A stretch of 64,000 nucleotides of DNA from positions 1,997 to 65,996 of the forward strand of contig CALRGT010000004.1 in NCBI GenBank assembly GCA_943358095.1, given 5' to 3'. Source of the stretch: an uncultured Candidatus Saccharimonas sp. GTDB lineage: Bacteria > Patescibacteriota > Saccharimonadia > Saccharimonadales > AQU-01. Below are positions 1-9,262 of the stretch, one piece after another (the first letter of the stretch is position 1; every line of letters begins with the position of its first letter). The position numbers and the translations under genes are program-made. The notes under the pieces are model-generated. The model was given only the letters and a program-made list of their open reading frames with translations. It was not told the DNA's origin and ran no database searches.

Positions 1-1
1 T

Positions 2-235
2 CAAACGTTTACTTTTTATGGCTCAGTAGCCAGCAGGCAAACGTGGACCTGGACATGGCAAACTGGTGGGGCGTGCGGAGATGCCGTGAATGATCCTGTA
101 AATGGCTACATATCTGGAATTGAACATAACGACAGCCAATATGACTACAACTTATTATATGCTCCACCACCAAGCTATCCAACAACTAGCACCTATAACG
201 TCCTTTCTTGGCGAGAAGTACTAACTAAGCCTTAA
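2..235 (+). CDS. 3' end of a CDS beginning upstream of the window; function unknown
   Basis: Frame is open from the window edge to TAA at 233-235 (...YNVLSWREVLTKP*). It lies directly upstream of pilM. No motif recognised. Confidence 0.4.
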   Translation, partial: QTFTFYGSVASRQTWTWTWQTGGACGDAVNDPVNGYISGIEHNDSQYDYNLLYAPPPSYPTTSTYNVLSWREVLTKP

Positions 236-350
236 TGCACTACCCTAGTAAACTCAATAAATCTGTTATAATTCTATTAAAGCTAATGTTTATAAAACAG
301 GTGGGTATGAAACTTACAATCAACAGTCTAAACTGGCAAGGAATACAGGT

Positions 351-1412
351 ATGAACTCTCGATACCTATATAAAGACAAGCCCCTATTCGGGTTAGATAT
401 TGGTTTTAGCTCTATAAAGGTCATGCAAACTAAGCCAGAAGGCAAAAATGCAATTGTTGCTGGCTATGGCGTCAACAGATTCGACCCAAAGATAATTAAA
501 GATGGAGTGATCGTAGATATTCCGGCAATGGCCAAATCCGCTCATGAACTTTTTGATAAATTTGTTATAGGTGAAATATCCACTCGAAGAGTTGCTATGA
601 GCATACCTGCCATGCATACATTCACAAGGACGATAAAGCTTCCTAAACTCACAAATAAAGAACTAGAAGACGCCGTTAGGATGGAGGCTGAGCAATACAT
701 TCCAGTACCAGTGGACGACTTATATATGGACTACTCTATTACCTCCACAACAGAAACAGAAATAGAGTTACTTGCTGTAGCTGTTCCCAAAAAAATCGTA
801 GACTCTTACGTTGCGCTGGCTAAAGTGCTCGGACTTGAACTTGTAGCTTTAGAAGCAACAATTGCGTCATCCTCTAGATTATTTGTACATACTGAACTTA
901 GTGATGTTCCGACAGTCATTATCGACTATGGCTCTGTGTCTAGCGACATCACAATATTCGACCATGGCATTATCGTAACAGGAACAGCCGGCGGAGGCGG
1001 AGATAACTTTACTGATCTAATCTCAGAAGCCTTAGACATATCTAAAAGCGAAGCGCAGGTCATAAAAGCCAAATATGGACTTAGCTATAGCAAAAAACAA
1101 AAAGAAATAACTACCGCACTAAAGCCTACGCTAGAACAAATACTGAAAGAGATTCGACGCATGATTAGATATTACGAAGAACGTTATGGCGACGACCGCA
1201 AAATCGTACAAATCGTGACCTTAGGTGGAGGGTCAAATATGCCAGGACTTAGCGATTATATGACTAACGCATTGCGACTACCCGTAAGAATGTCCAACCC
1301 TTGGGACAAGCATGTAATGTTTAAAAACATACAACCCCCAGGTGGCGTAGAAAGCTCCATGTACATAACAGCAGCCGGACTATCGTTGACCAAGCCAAAG
1401 GATTTATTCTAA
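351..1412 (+). CDS. pilM: type IV pilus assembly protein PilM (actin-like ATPase fold)
   Basis: 353 aa with a PilM/FtsA-like pattern (N-terminal GLDIGFSSIKV, C-terminal TLGGGSNMPGL). TAATG overlap with a PilN-like gene. Confidence 0.85.
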   Translation: MNSRYLYKDKPLFGLDIGFSSIKVMQTKPEGKNAIVAGYGVNRFDPKIIKDGVIVDIPAMAKSAHELFDKFVIGEISTRRVAMSIPAMHTFTRTIKLPKLTNKELEDAVRMEAEQYIPVPVDDLYMDYSITSTTETEIELLAVAVPKKIVDSYVALAKVLGLELVALEATIASSSRLFVHTELSDVPTVIIDYGSVSSDITIFDHGIIVTGTAGGGGDNFTDLISEALDISKSEAQVIKAKYGLSYSKKQKEITTALKPTLEQILKEIRRMIRYYEERYGDDRKIVQIVTLGGGSNMPGLSDYMTNALRLPVRMSNPWDKHVMFKNIQPPGGVESSMYITAAGLSLTKPKDLF

Positions 1413-2020
1413 TGATCAACCTATTACCTCCAGATATTAAACATAGCTTGTCTTACGCCAAAAAGAACGATCAGCTACGACATTGGTGCATGGGGCTAGC
1501 TATCACCGGTTTAGGTACGGCACTAGTCTTACTGTTCGGTATTTTCTACATACAACAATCAACAAACAACTACGCAAAACAAGTAGAAAGAACAAAGTCG
1601 GACCTTGAGGCGCAAAAATTACCCGAGACTCAAAAACGCGTGGAAGATATCTCTAGCACTCTTAAGTTAACAGCCTCTGTACTGTCCAGAGAGATTTTAT
1701 TCTCTAAGCTACTCAAACAAATTGGCGCCGCAATACCCGAGCATGCTAGCTTAACTGGACTTAGTATTAGTAAAGTTTCTGGCGGCATAGATCTAACTGC
1801 TGCAGCGTCTGACTATAATACCGCCACTCAAGTTCAAGTTAATTTACAGGATCCAGCCAACAAAATTTTTGACAAAGCCGACATCATAAGCATCAACTGC
1901 TCTTCGGCAGACGCATCCGATCCTCGTTATCCATGTACAGTATCCATAAGAGCGCAGTTCGCTGCCAAAAACCCCTTTCTGCTCATAAACTCTGCCAAAA
2001 CATTAGGAGCAAAATCATGA
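1412..2020 (+). CDS. pilN: PilN-like type IV pilus inner-membrane component
   Basis: 202 aa with a MINLLPP N-terminus, one TM helix and then a coiled-coil-like segment. Stop/start coupling on both sides. Confidence 0.6.
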   Translation: MINLLPPDIKHSLSYAKKNDQLRHWCMGLAITGLGTALVLLFGIFYIQQSTNNYAKQVERTKSDLEAQKLPETQKRVEDISSTLKLTASVLSREILFSKLLKQIGAAIPEHASLTGLSISKVSGGIDLTAAASDYNTATQVQVNLQDPANKIFDKADIISINCSSADASDPRYPCTVSIRAQFAAKNPFLLINSAKTLGAKS

Positions 2021-2649
2021 AAAGCAAAAATTCATTCTATGCTATGGCAGGCTTAGTAGCTCTACTTATAGTGGGAAATATTAGTGCAGTGTATTTTGGT
2101 GACTTACTTTTGACCAACAAATCAGAAAGCCTAATGAGCGTAAAGCTGGAAAGCAGAGTTCTTGATGAGCAGCAGATCTCGATCAAACAAGCCAAAAAAG
2201 ATATAGAAAAATATCAAGGACTAGAAAAGATTGCTGGTTCAATCGTCCCCCAAGATAAAGACCAAGCAGAAGCAGTAAGAGAGATTATTAAAATTGCAGG
2301 CGATAACGGCATTACTATCAGCACCATCAGCTTCCCTGCATCAACACTTGGACAAATAGCTCCTAAAGTAATTAAAACCGATGGCGCAGCCACAGCAACT
2401 AAACCAATTGCGCCGGGCATAACTCAGACGACAGCAGTCGAAGGCATCAAGGGTGTATTCAGTCTACAGATAAACGTCCAGCAAGACACTAGCAAAGCTA
2501 TTACTTACGACAGATTAATAGGGTTCTTGAATGCCCTTGAGCAGAATCGCCGCACCGCTCAAGTAACAAATGTTGCAGTAACTCCAAATCCTACAGACCG
2601 CAACAAACTTACCTTCAATTTAACGCTATTAACTTACATAAAGCCATGA
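2017..2649 (+). CDS. PilO-like type IV pilus inner-membrane component
   Basis: ORF 1933-2649 trimmed to ATG 2017 (ATGA overlap with the pilN stop). TM helix plus coiled coil. Assignment is by position after pilM/pilN. Confidence 0.5.
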   Translation: MKSKNSFYAMAGLVALLIVGNISAVYFGDLLLTNKSESLMSVKLESRVLDEQQISIKQAKKDIEKYQGLEKIAGSIVPQDKDQAEAVREIIKIAGDNGITISTISFPASTLGQIAPKVIKTDGAATATKPIAPGITQTTAVEGIKGVFSLQINVQQDTSKAITYDRLIGFLNALEQNRRTAQVTNVAVTPNPTDRNKLTFNLTLLTYIKP

Positions 2650-2662
2650 AAGGCTGATAACT

Positions 2663-2971
2663 ATGGCTACTAAAAAATTAGACCTAACGAGTACATTGAA
2701 AAAATTTAAATCATTTGAGAGTATTGGAATGCGCTATTTATCTTTTATGTTAGTGCTATTAAGCCTGGGTGTGTATAGCTTTATAGTGTTTCGAATTAAT
2801 AGCCTAATTACAGCGGAACCAACCGACGAGCAAATAAGCGAAAAGCTGCAGACTGTTCAGCGACCGAAAATAGACCAAGCATCCATAGACAAGATTAATC
2901 AGCTTAGCGACAACAGCGTTGAGGTGAAGGCAATATTCAAAGAAGCACGCCAGAATCCATTCCAAGAATAA
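2663..2971 (+). CDS. small membrane protein, last gene of the pilMNO cluster
   Basis: 102 aa with one TM helix (YLSFMLVLLSLGVYSFIVF). Starts 13 nt after the pilO-like stop. No motif. Confidence 0.4.
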   Translation: MATKKLDLTSTLKKFKSFESIGMRYLSFMLVLLSLGVYSFIVFRINSLITAEPTDEQISEKLQTVQRPKIDQASIDKINQLSDNSVEVKAIFKEARQNPFQE

Positions 2972-2987
2972 TAGCTCTCTTTGGAAA

Positions 2988-3620
2988 CTATCTTTTTAAT
3001 TCATTTTCGACATATTCTTCGTGCGCCTGTATCACAACTCTAGAGATGCTATGAGGATGAGGGACATAAGAAAATTGAGGAGACACTGTCTCGCCGGCGG
3101 TTTCGATTAATAAGTTTCCATAATGAAACAATCGCGGCAACACACCTTTTTGGGTCACGGTTACATCCTGTATATTCCCGATTCCTGATTGAGTGACTAC
3201 TCTGTTAAATAGACTCTTGTAGACTACTTCCGCAATTTTTTCGTTAGTAATGAATATCGAGCTACTCCTATATATAAAAGCGGCAATCGAAGTCCCAACA
3301 AACATAGAAATAACTAATACAGCTACAATTGCTATGACAATACCGCCCATGGCTGTGCTGCTAATATTAAGACCTAGGTTAACTAAAAATGAGCTCGACA
3401 AGGTCATTATAGCTACTATCAAAATAGCTGCAGTAATAAATCCGCCCGTCAACCAAATTCCAATAACCCCAATTGGGTGTTTATGAACTTCTGCTAAAAT
3501 CGTTTCATCGTCATCAAACTCAACATATTTAAACAATCGCCGGCCAAGGGGCGACAACTGCTTGCACGCCTCAATTTTGTGAGGAGACATAGTATATTCA
3601 TTATCTTTTTTGACAACCAT
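2988..3620 (-). CDS. membrane protein, possibly bacterial PH (YdbS/YdbT-like) domain
   Basis: 210 aa. Two long TM helices are followed by a soluble segment (ITNEKI...GNLLIETAGE) that resembles bPH_2 topology. Pattern-level call only. Confidence 0.45.
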   Translation of the reverse strand: MVVKKDNEYTMSPHKIEACKQLSPLGRRLFKYVEFDDDETILAEVHKHPIGVIGIWLTGGFITAAILIVAIMTLSSSFLVNLGLNISSTAMGGIVIAIVAVLVISMFVGTSIAAFIYRSSSIFITNEKIAEVVYKSLFNRVVTQSGIGNIQDVTVTQKGVLPRLFHYGNLLIETAGETVSPQFSYVPHPHSISRVVIQAHEEYVENELKR

Positions 3621-3628
3621 TACGCTTA

Positions 3629-4660
3629 TTATAACAGTTCGGACTGTTTACGCTTATCGGTTTTGCCGAGATGCTTATAAGCCTTGGACGTTACTTTGCG
3701 ACCACGGGGCGTACGCTCCAATAGTCCAATTTGTAACAGATACGGTTCGATAAAATCTTCAATTGTAGTTGCCTCATCACCAAGAATAGCAGCCAACGTA
3801 TTAAGTCCAACTGGCCCACCGTCATGCAAGTCTATGATTGTCGTTAGTAGCAATCTATCGGCTGGATCAAGACCAATGGCGTCAACTTCTAGTAATTTTA
3901 ACGCCTTTTCAGTTTGAGTCATATCGATAATACCGTCACCGTTAATATCGGCGTAGTCACGAACTCTCTTCAACAATCTGTTAGCTATACGAGGAGTTAA
4001 ACGAGCGCGAGTAGACAGAGTGTCGGCAGCCTGCTTATCGATTTTGGAACCCAGTATTGATGCTGAGCGAGTCACTATTTGTGCAATCTCACTTGGGTCA
4101 TAAAATTCTAGACGATGAATCATACCGAACCTATCTCGTAATGGCGCAGCTAGTGCTCCAGTCCTTGTCGTAGCTCCAATTAATGTAAACTTTGGCAAGT
4201 CCAGTCGTAGGCTTTTTGCGCTAGGCCCCTTGCCCAACATAATATCAATCGCGTAATCTTCCATAGCACTGTATAAAACTTCTTCTACGCTACGATTCAA
4301 TCTGTGAATTTCATCAATAAATAAAATGTCACCGTCTTGCAAGTTCGTAAGCAAGCTCGCTAAATCAGCCGCACGGTCTATCGCAGGCCCGCTAGTGATT
4401 CTTATCTGCGCACCCATCTCGTTAGCAATAACGCTCGCCATCGTTGTCTTGCCTAGTCCAGGAGGGCCGTAGAGCAAGACATGATCTATTGGCTCTTCGC
4501 GCTTCTTGGCTGCTGCAATAGCCAGCTTCAAGTTAGTTTTGATGCGCTCTTGACCTATCATATCGGCAAAAGTTTTTGGCCTTAACGTTACTTCAATTAA
4601 TGCGTCGTCGTCGTTGTCGTCAGCCGTAACTTGAGTATTAATAATTCGTTCAATCGCCAT
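3629..4660 (-). CDS. ruvB: Holliday junction branch migration helicase RuvB
   Basis: 343 aa with Walker [10 protein letters not shown] and Walker B FIDEIH. Typical RuvB length and position after ruvA. Confidence 0.95.
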   Translation of the reverse strand: MAIERIINTQVTADDNDDDALIEVTLRPKTFADMIGQERIKTNLKLAIAAAKKREEPIDHVLLYGPPGLGKTTMASVIANEMGAQIRITSGPAIDRAADLASLLTNLQDGDILFIDEIHRLNRSVEEVLYSAMEDYAIDIMLGKGPSAKSLRLDLPKFTLIGATTRTGALAAPLRDRFGMIHRLEFYDPSEIAQIVTRSASILGSKIDKQAADTLSTRARLTPRIANRLLKRVRDYADINGDGIIDMTQTEKALKLLEVDAIGLDPADRLLLTTIIDLHDGGPVGLNTLAAILGDEATTIEDFIEPYLLQIGLLERTPRGRKVTSKAYKHLGKTDKRKQSELL

Positions 4661-4663
4661 AGT

Positions 4664-5239
4664 TTACCTTTTTAACGCCTGTTTAACGCGAGCCTCAGTG
4701 GACAGGCTTGAATCAACCTTACTTAGTGCCATGGCGGCGTCTTCACGGCTATATCCCAGGCCAACTAATGCTTGTAGCGCCTCATCTCCATCGCTAAATG
4801 ATGAGCTCTGCAAGAAAGCTGTTGCGTCATCGGCTGCATCGAGTCCAAGCTTGTTCTTAAGATCAACTACAACTCTTTCAGCAACTTTTTTACCAACACC
4901 ACTCGCGCTAGATATAAACTTAACATCTCCAGCCGCGATACTTGCTCTTACCTGGCCTTCGTTTGCAAGGTCGGTAATTGCTGCAGCAGCTTTGGGCCCA
5001 ACACCATTGACGCTTAATAGTTTTATGAATAGATCTTTGCGAGTTTTGGTTGAGAAGCCGTATAAGTCGTGCGCCTCTTCTTTAATATGCTCATAAATAT
5101 ATACTTTAATGTCCGTACCGAGGCGCATATGGGCCTGTTCGTCGCTAAGAGTATAGACGCCATAGCCTACTCCATTACAGTCAATAACGGTAACTCTACC
5201 ATCGTGTTCCAAAACTTTGCCACTTATTTGCGCTATCAT
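4664..5239 (-). CDS. ruvA: Holliday junction DNA-binding protein RuvA
   Basis: 191 aa with helix-hairpin-helix motifs (NGVGPKAA, SGVGKKVAERV). Immediately upstream of ruvB. Confidence 0.9.
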   Translation of the reverse strand: MIAQISGKVLEHDGRVTVIDCNGVGYGVYTLSDEQAHMRLGTDIKVYIYEHIKEEAHDLYGFSTKTRKDLFIKLLSVNGVGPKAAAAITDLANEGQVRASIAAGDVKFISSASGVGKKVAERVVVDLKNKLGLDAADDATAFLQSSSFSDGDEALQALVGLGYSREDAAMALSKVDSSLSTEARVKQALKR

Positions 5240-5245
5240 GTCCTA

Positions 5246-5722
5246 TTATTGTACACGAATACTGGTGATGTGTGTCAGCGCAGCCGCTAAAGCATCTGCG
5301 CAATCATCCGGCTTTGGTATTTCACTTAGACCCAAATGAACTCTAACCATTTCTTGCATTTGAGCTTTCGTAGCCCTTCCATACCCTGTCATCGCCATTT
5401 TAATTTGCAGTGGTGTGTATTCGTAAATTTCAACATTAGCTTTTTGCAGCGCTAATAATATCACTCCCCTAGCCTGACTAACTGTCATAGCGGTGGTTAC
5501 GTTTTGCGAGAAAAATAACTTTTCAACAACCGCAATATCGGGTTTATGCTCTGCAAGTAATTCCTGTAATGAGTCGTAAACATCTGCAAGTCGATTTGCC
5601 ACGGTATCGCCTATTACTGTCCTAATTACACCGGCATCAAGCAATTTAGGCGTATTCTTGGTTAGCTCAATAAACCCAAAACCAATAATTCCCGAGCCTG
5701 GGTCAATGCCAACAATTTTCAT
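5246..5722 (-). CDS. ruvC: crossover junction endodeoxyribonuclease RuvC
   Basis: 158 aa with a MKIVGIDPG N-terminus (catalytic Asp). RNase H-like resolvase pattern. Confidence 0.9.
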   Translation of the reverse strand: MKIVGIDPGSGIIGFGFIELTKNTPKLLDAGVIRTVIGDTVANRLADVYDSLQELLAEHKPDIAVVEKLFFSQNVTTAMTVSQARGVILLALQKANVEIYEYTPLQIKMAMTGYGRATKAQMQEMVRVHLGLSEIPKPDDCADALAAALTHITSIRVQ

Positions 5723-5727
5723 TTAAA

Positions 5728-6453
5728 CTAAGCCCCGATATCTTCAGCAATATCGAAATTAACATGTGTGGCGGTAACATCGTTTTGATCGTCAAGAGCA
5801 TCCATCAAACGTTCGATTTTTCCTGCAGTGTTTGCGTCTGTAATTTCTATAGTAGTCTTTGGCACATAAGTTAACTCGGCTTCAATTACTTCCAATCCTG
5901 CCTGCTTCAATGCATCACGCACGCTAGCCAAGGCTTTTGGTTCACTATAAACTAGAGTTTCGTCGCCTTCTTCAACTGCATCTTCGGCTCCACAATCTAA
6001 AATAGTCAAAAGCAAATCTTCGCCAATACCTTTTACGCGAATCAATCCTTTATGCTCAAATTGAAAAGCCACAGCTCCCTTTTCCGCCATATTGCCGCCG
6101 TGTTTAGAAAAAGCTAATTTAACCTCTGGGTAGGTACGATTTAAGTTATCGGTTGCGACTTCAACTAGAATACCAACACCACCGGGACCGTAACCTTCGT
6201 ACATTACTTCTATTAGCTGTGCTGCATCTTTGTCAGAAACACGCTTAATGGCTCGTTCAATATTTGTCATCGGCATGTTGGCAGCCTTGGCTTTTTCTAT
6301 GGCCATAGCTAGAGTGCTGTTAAGTGCCGGATCCGTGCCGCTACGTGCAGCTATTGCAATTAGATTGCCTAATCTTGTGAATACAGCGCCACGCTTTGCG
6401 TCAGTTATGCCCTTTGCGCGCTTGATTGTCGACCATTTACTGTGCCCAGACAT
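5728..6453 (-). CDS. yebC: YebC/PmpR family DNA-binding regulator
   Basis: 241 aa. The MSGHSKWSTIKRAKG N-terminus is diagnostic of the family. Confidence 0.9.
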   Translation of the reverse strand: MSGHSKWSTIKRAKGITDAKRGAVFTRLGNLIAIAARSGTDPALNSTLAMAIEKAKAANMPMTNIERAIKRVSDKDAAQLIEVMYEGYGPGGVGILVEVATDNLNRTYPEVKLAFSKHGGNMAEKGAVAFQFEHKGLIRVKGIGEDLLLTILDCGAEDAVEEGDETLVYSEPKALASVRDALKQAGLEVIEAELTYVPKTTIEITDANTAGKIERLMDALDDQNDVTATHVNFDIAEDIGA

Positions 6454-6456
6454 ATT

Positions 6457-7923
6457 TTATATTTCTCCGCCTACGACTTGTTTTATATCTGTAATTATAC
6501 CACTGCTTGTCTTAATTTTATGCCATAATATTATAACTAACATAATCATTCCGCTGTACATCAACACCATTTGCCATACGGTTATTGACTGCTTCACTAA
6601 TGCTCTCGGCAATCTAGACAATAAAGACACCACATCTAACATATAGGTCAAAGATAGCCTCGACGGCATAGCCAGCCAGCCCGACATAAAAGGCACGAAC
6701 ATTCCAGCCAAACCAGCAACCAGACATAAGGACATCGCTATCGGAACTAGCGGTACCACCAACACATTGGCTAGCAATGCTACAGCCGAAAATTGTCCAA
6801 ATATATACATAATTATTGGCATAGTCATTATCTGAGCAGCAGAAGTCTCGATAATTAACGTCATTAATATTTTAGGTTGCCTACTTTTAAATACCCTTTT
6901 AGTTATTAGCGGTGCCAGAACTAATATTCCAAAAAAAGCTAGAAAAGATAAATACCAACCGATGTCCGACCATAGATATATTGGATAAACTCCGGCCGTG
7001 ATTACTGCAGCCAATAATATCAAAACTATAGGGCGAAATGTTCTGCCGTAATACCAAGCCCACAAACTAAGAGTACTTACAATTGCCGCTCGGACTATAG
7101 AAGCGCTGAAGCCTGTGAATAGCAAGAAAATTCCTATCAAAAGTAACGATGCGACTGTACTCTGATATTTTGAACGCTTTCTGAGCAACTTCCTGACGGC
7201 TCGCATTATTATTGTTAGATTATATCCAGACACTGCGACTACGTGAGTCAAGCCAACTGCCGCTAACTGCAGGCTAACAGATTTTGGTATCGTGCTGCGC
7301 TGACCGATCAACAATCCAAGACCAAAAGATGCAGCCGGCTCAGGCAATGCCGACTGCATTCCAGCCTCAAAACGGCGACGAATTACTTCAATTAAAGAGT
7401 CAGATTTTTCGATAACTTTTATGCTCGCAAATGATAGACTAGCCTGACGTGGTCCACGAGTTGGATATAATTTTGCACTAACCTGCACAATATCGCCCTT
7501 ATAAACCATTGGCTCGCCAAAACCCTTAACACCTATCTTGCCAACCAAGTCTATGCGATAAGGTTCAATAACTTTAATTTGACCTAAATCAAAACTAATT
7601 TGAGATTTATCTCCGTAGACTGCATCGCTATCAGCTACACCCACAACAACTACATTATTTTTATATAAATTATTGTAATTATCTAGCAGCGACATATATG
7701 CACTGCCTCGCCACCAACCGATAGACAACCCAAGTAAAATTAAAGGAACAGCAAACATAACTCTTGCTCTGCGCAGGGTTATTGTTATCAATAATAAGCT
7801 AACCGCTAGCCACCAATGTTGAAATTCAATTTTAGTTCGAGCCAGTCCTAGTCCGACCAATACTGCCGTCAAAAATACGGCTATTAAAGTCGTTCGCCGA
7901 AACTTATATTTATAACTAGTCAC
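6457..7923 (-). CDS. comEC: ComEC/Rec2 family DNA-uptake channel (no beta-lactamase-like C-terminal domain)
   Basis: 488 aa, polytopic, with an N-terminal OB-like region followed by the competence membrane domain. Confidence 0.75.
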   Translation of the reverse strand: MTSYKYKFRRTTLIAVFLTAVLVGLGLARTKIEFQHWWLAVSLLLITITLRRARVMFAVPLILLGLSIGWWRGSAYMSLLDNYNNLYKNNVVVVGVADSDAVYGDKSQISFDLGQIKVIEPYRIDLVGKIGVKGFGEPMVYKGDIVQVSAKLYPTRGPRQASLSFASIKVIEKSDSLIEVIRRRFEAGMQSALPEPAASFGLGLLIGQRSTIPKSVSLQLAAVGLTHVVAVSGYNLTIIMRAVRKLLRKRSKYQSTVASLLLIGIFLLFTGFSASIVRAAIVSTLSLWAWYYGRTFRPIVLILLAAVITAGVYPIYLWSDIGWYLSFLAFFGILVLAPLITKRVFKSRQPKILMTLIIETSAAQIMTMPIIMYIFGQFSAVALLANVLVVPLVPIAMSLCLVAGLAGMFVPFMSGWLAMPSRLSLTYMLDVVSLLSRLPRALVKQSITVWQMVLMYSGMIMLVIILWHKIKTSSGIITDIKQVVGGEI

Positions 7924-8112
7924 ATATCAAAGATAGTTGACGTTAAATCAGATTAAAATTACTAATGCTTCCGATGCTATGCTAATTCAGCTTATTGTCA
8001 TTTATTAGCACGGTATTTTGTGAAAATCCTAATATGTAGCAGCAGATATATACTCCCCGCCCTGAACGCCGGTTAACTCAGTGGTTCGTTGAGTTCAAGT
8101 CAGTGGAACAAT

Positions 8113-8147
8113 TCCAAGAAAAAAGACCTACCTTTGGCAGATCTTTT
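8113..8147 (-). terminator. intrinsic terminator after the tRNA-Lys-derived element
   Basis: Minus strand AAAAGATCTGCC-AAA-GGTAGGTCTTTT forms a 12-bp stem with 2 G-U pairs, running into TTTTTTCTT. Confidence 0.55.
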
Positions 8148-8151
8148 ATCT

Positions 8152-8227
8152 TGGAGGGCCCAGTGAGACAGCGTCCGGCTGCGCGCGGGCTAACTCACGA
8201 TGCCGTAAGTTCAAATCTATGGGCTCC
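8152..8227 (-). pseudogene. 76-nt tRNA-Lys-derived tRNA-like element (D/anticodon arms replaced, T-loop expanded)
   Basis: Compared with tRNA-Lys at 9263-9339, the last 18 nt are identical, the T-stem 5' strand TCGTGAGTT is identical, and the 5' acceptor strand plus U8A9 matches 10 of 11. The middle is 16 unrelated nt, and a 23-nt GC-rich insert sits in the T-loop. Confidence 0.65.
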
Positions 8228-8265
8228 AAATTTAGAACCCCTCTTTCGAGGGGTTCTAAATTTGG
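8226..8265 (-). terminator. 18-bp perfect hairpin downstream of the 8321-8824 gene
   Basis: CCAAATTTAGAACCCCTC-TTTC-GAGGGGTTCTAAATTTGG. It abuts a 9-nt copy of the tRNA-Lys 3' end at 8263-8271. Confidence 0.6.
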
Positions 8266-8320
8266 AGGGCCATTGTGTACGCTATTACAACTATTTTGAA
8301 AATCTGCAAGCATACTGAGA

Positions 8321-8824
8321 CTACGCTTTTATCTTGGATGTCGTGTTTTTAGGTTCGTGCGCTTTGACAAAACGATGATAGCCCAAGTACAGCACTGTAA
8401 CTAAGCCAACAGTGACCACAATAAATACGTACTTACTATTCTCCGACGCGAAACCGCGACCTAGGCTATATAACAAGACGAATAAACCACCTAACATAAC
8501 TCCGTCTGCCATTACTTTGATTTTATTCTCATATACCAAACTTACCGCAAGAAGAACAACTGCAGCGATTAAAGCTATTATTGATACATTGCGGTTATAG
8601 GGACGCATATCTTTATTATGCTGTTCCATTTTGATATCAAAGGCCCTTTGTGTGGCGAGTTCATCGGTTGTTGGTTCTTTGCTGAGCGTATTAAGTACTA
8701 CCGGAAACTCAGGCGCCTTGGGTCCTGGATAAAATGTATTTATACCTACACCAATGAAGATTGCTATTAGCAGGCCCAGAAAGAAAGTGTAGACTAGCTT
8801 AAGAATTTTATTGTCTTCTTTCAT
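8321..8824 (-). CDS. hypothetical membrane protein (about 4 TM)
   Basis: 167-aa ORF with hydrophobic helices at the N-terminus and in the C-terminal half. No motif. Confidence 0.55.
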   Translation of the reverse strand: MKEDNKILKLVYTFFLGLLIAIFIGVGINTFYPGPKAPEFPVVLNTLSKEPTTDELATQRAFDIKMEQHNKDMRPYNRNVSIIALIAAVVLLAVSLVYENKIKVMADGVMLGGLFVLLYSLGRGFASENSKYVFIVVTVGLVTVLYLGYHRFVKAHEPKNTTSKIKA

Positions 8825-8871
8825 AAAACCTCCTGGTTACGTTACTTATATTATACTCCTTTCATGCCATC

Positions 8872-8906
8872 ACTATATAAATAAATGCCCCTAAATAGGG
8901 GCATTT
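8872..8906 (-). terminator. intrinsic terminator after the DUF1059-like gene
   Basis: AAATGCCCCT-ATTT-AGGGGCATTT on the minus strand, followed by TTATTTAT. Confidence 0.55.
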
Positions 8907-8958
8907 AGAATAAGCGGTATTGGAGGGACGTATGTATCGCTGTTGCAACTATTATTCG

Positions 8959-9189
8959 TTACGCGTCTTCTAGCGAGTCAAAACTATTTTCAAATTTTTT
9001 GTACCAGGCTTGCTGATTTTCAGGACTCCAAGCCATCATCTCTTCCATTGCTTTTTTATGTGCTTCATCGCCGGCTTGAACCTTTTGCATTACGTGATTT
9101 CTGCTATTTTCACCCATTTCTGCAGATGTTTCACCGGTTATTACTTCGTCGCAAGCCCCAGCAAGATTGTTACACGTTGATTTCTTCAT
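8959..9189 (-). CDS. small DUF1059-like protein
   Basis: 76 aa. The N-terminus MKKSTCNNLAGACDEVITGETSAEM fits the C-x(6-7)-CD...GET pattern I associate with DUF1059. The opposite-strand ORF 8943-9191 is judged a shadow. Confidence 0.5.
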   Translation of the reverse strand: MKKSTCNNLAGACDEVITGETSAEMGENSRNHVMQKVQAGDEAHKKAMEEMMAWSPENQQAWYKKFENSFDSLEDA

Positions 9190-9218
9190 AATTAATCTCC
9201 TTCAAAAACATTATACAT

Positions 9219-9245
9219 CAAAAAACAGAGGCAAATTACCTCTGT
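9219..9245 (-). terminator. intrinsic terminator after tRNA-Lys
   Basis: Minus strand ACAGAGG-TAATTTG-CCTCTGT followed by TTTTTTGAT. Confidence 0.65.
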
Positions 9246-9262
9246 TTTAAGCATAAGCTGTA

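Noticed and set aside
1933-2016. N-terminal 28-codon extension of the PilO-like ORF, and similar extensions at 15468-15494 (dnaK), 31518-31556 (HAD), 40226-40273, 40481-40513, 50838-50870 (aspS), 52076-52093 and 56984-56992
   Set aside because: Internal ATGs with proper Shine-Dalgarno spacing or stop/start coupling give N-termini that match the family. The extensions overlap upstream genes or regulatory and tRNA-like sequence.
4698-5096. Long antisense ORFs inside well-supported genes (4698-5096, 13558-13848, 14185-14652, 20093-20464, 21194-21514, 22709-23062, 38808-39149, 43852-44214, 44541-45101, 63341-63535 and similar)
   Set aside because: They lie entirely opposite strongly recognisable or operon-consistent CDSs and have low-complexity Ser/Ala/Leu-rich translations typical of shadow frames.
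8103-8318. 71-aa plus-strand ORF in the ComEC/membrane-protein spacer
   Set aside because: It runs straight through the tRNA-Lys-derived element, an 18-bp perfect hairpin and repeat copies. It has no RBS. The sequence is better explained as RNA and terminator structure.
8943-9191. 82-aa plus-strand ORF overlapping the DUF1059-like gene
   Set aside because: The minus-strand frame has a recognisable N-terminal Cys pattern, a downstream terminator and fits the locus orientation. The plus frame is Leu/Phe/Arg-rich with no signals.
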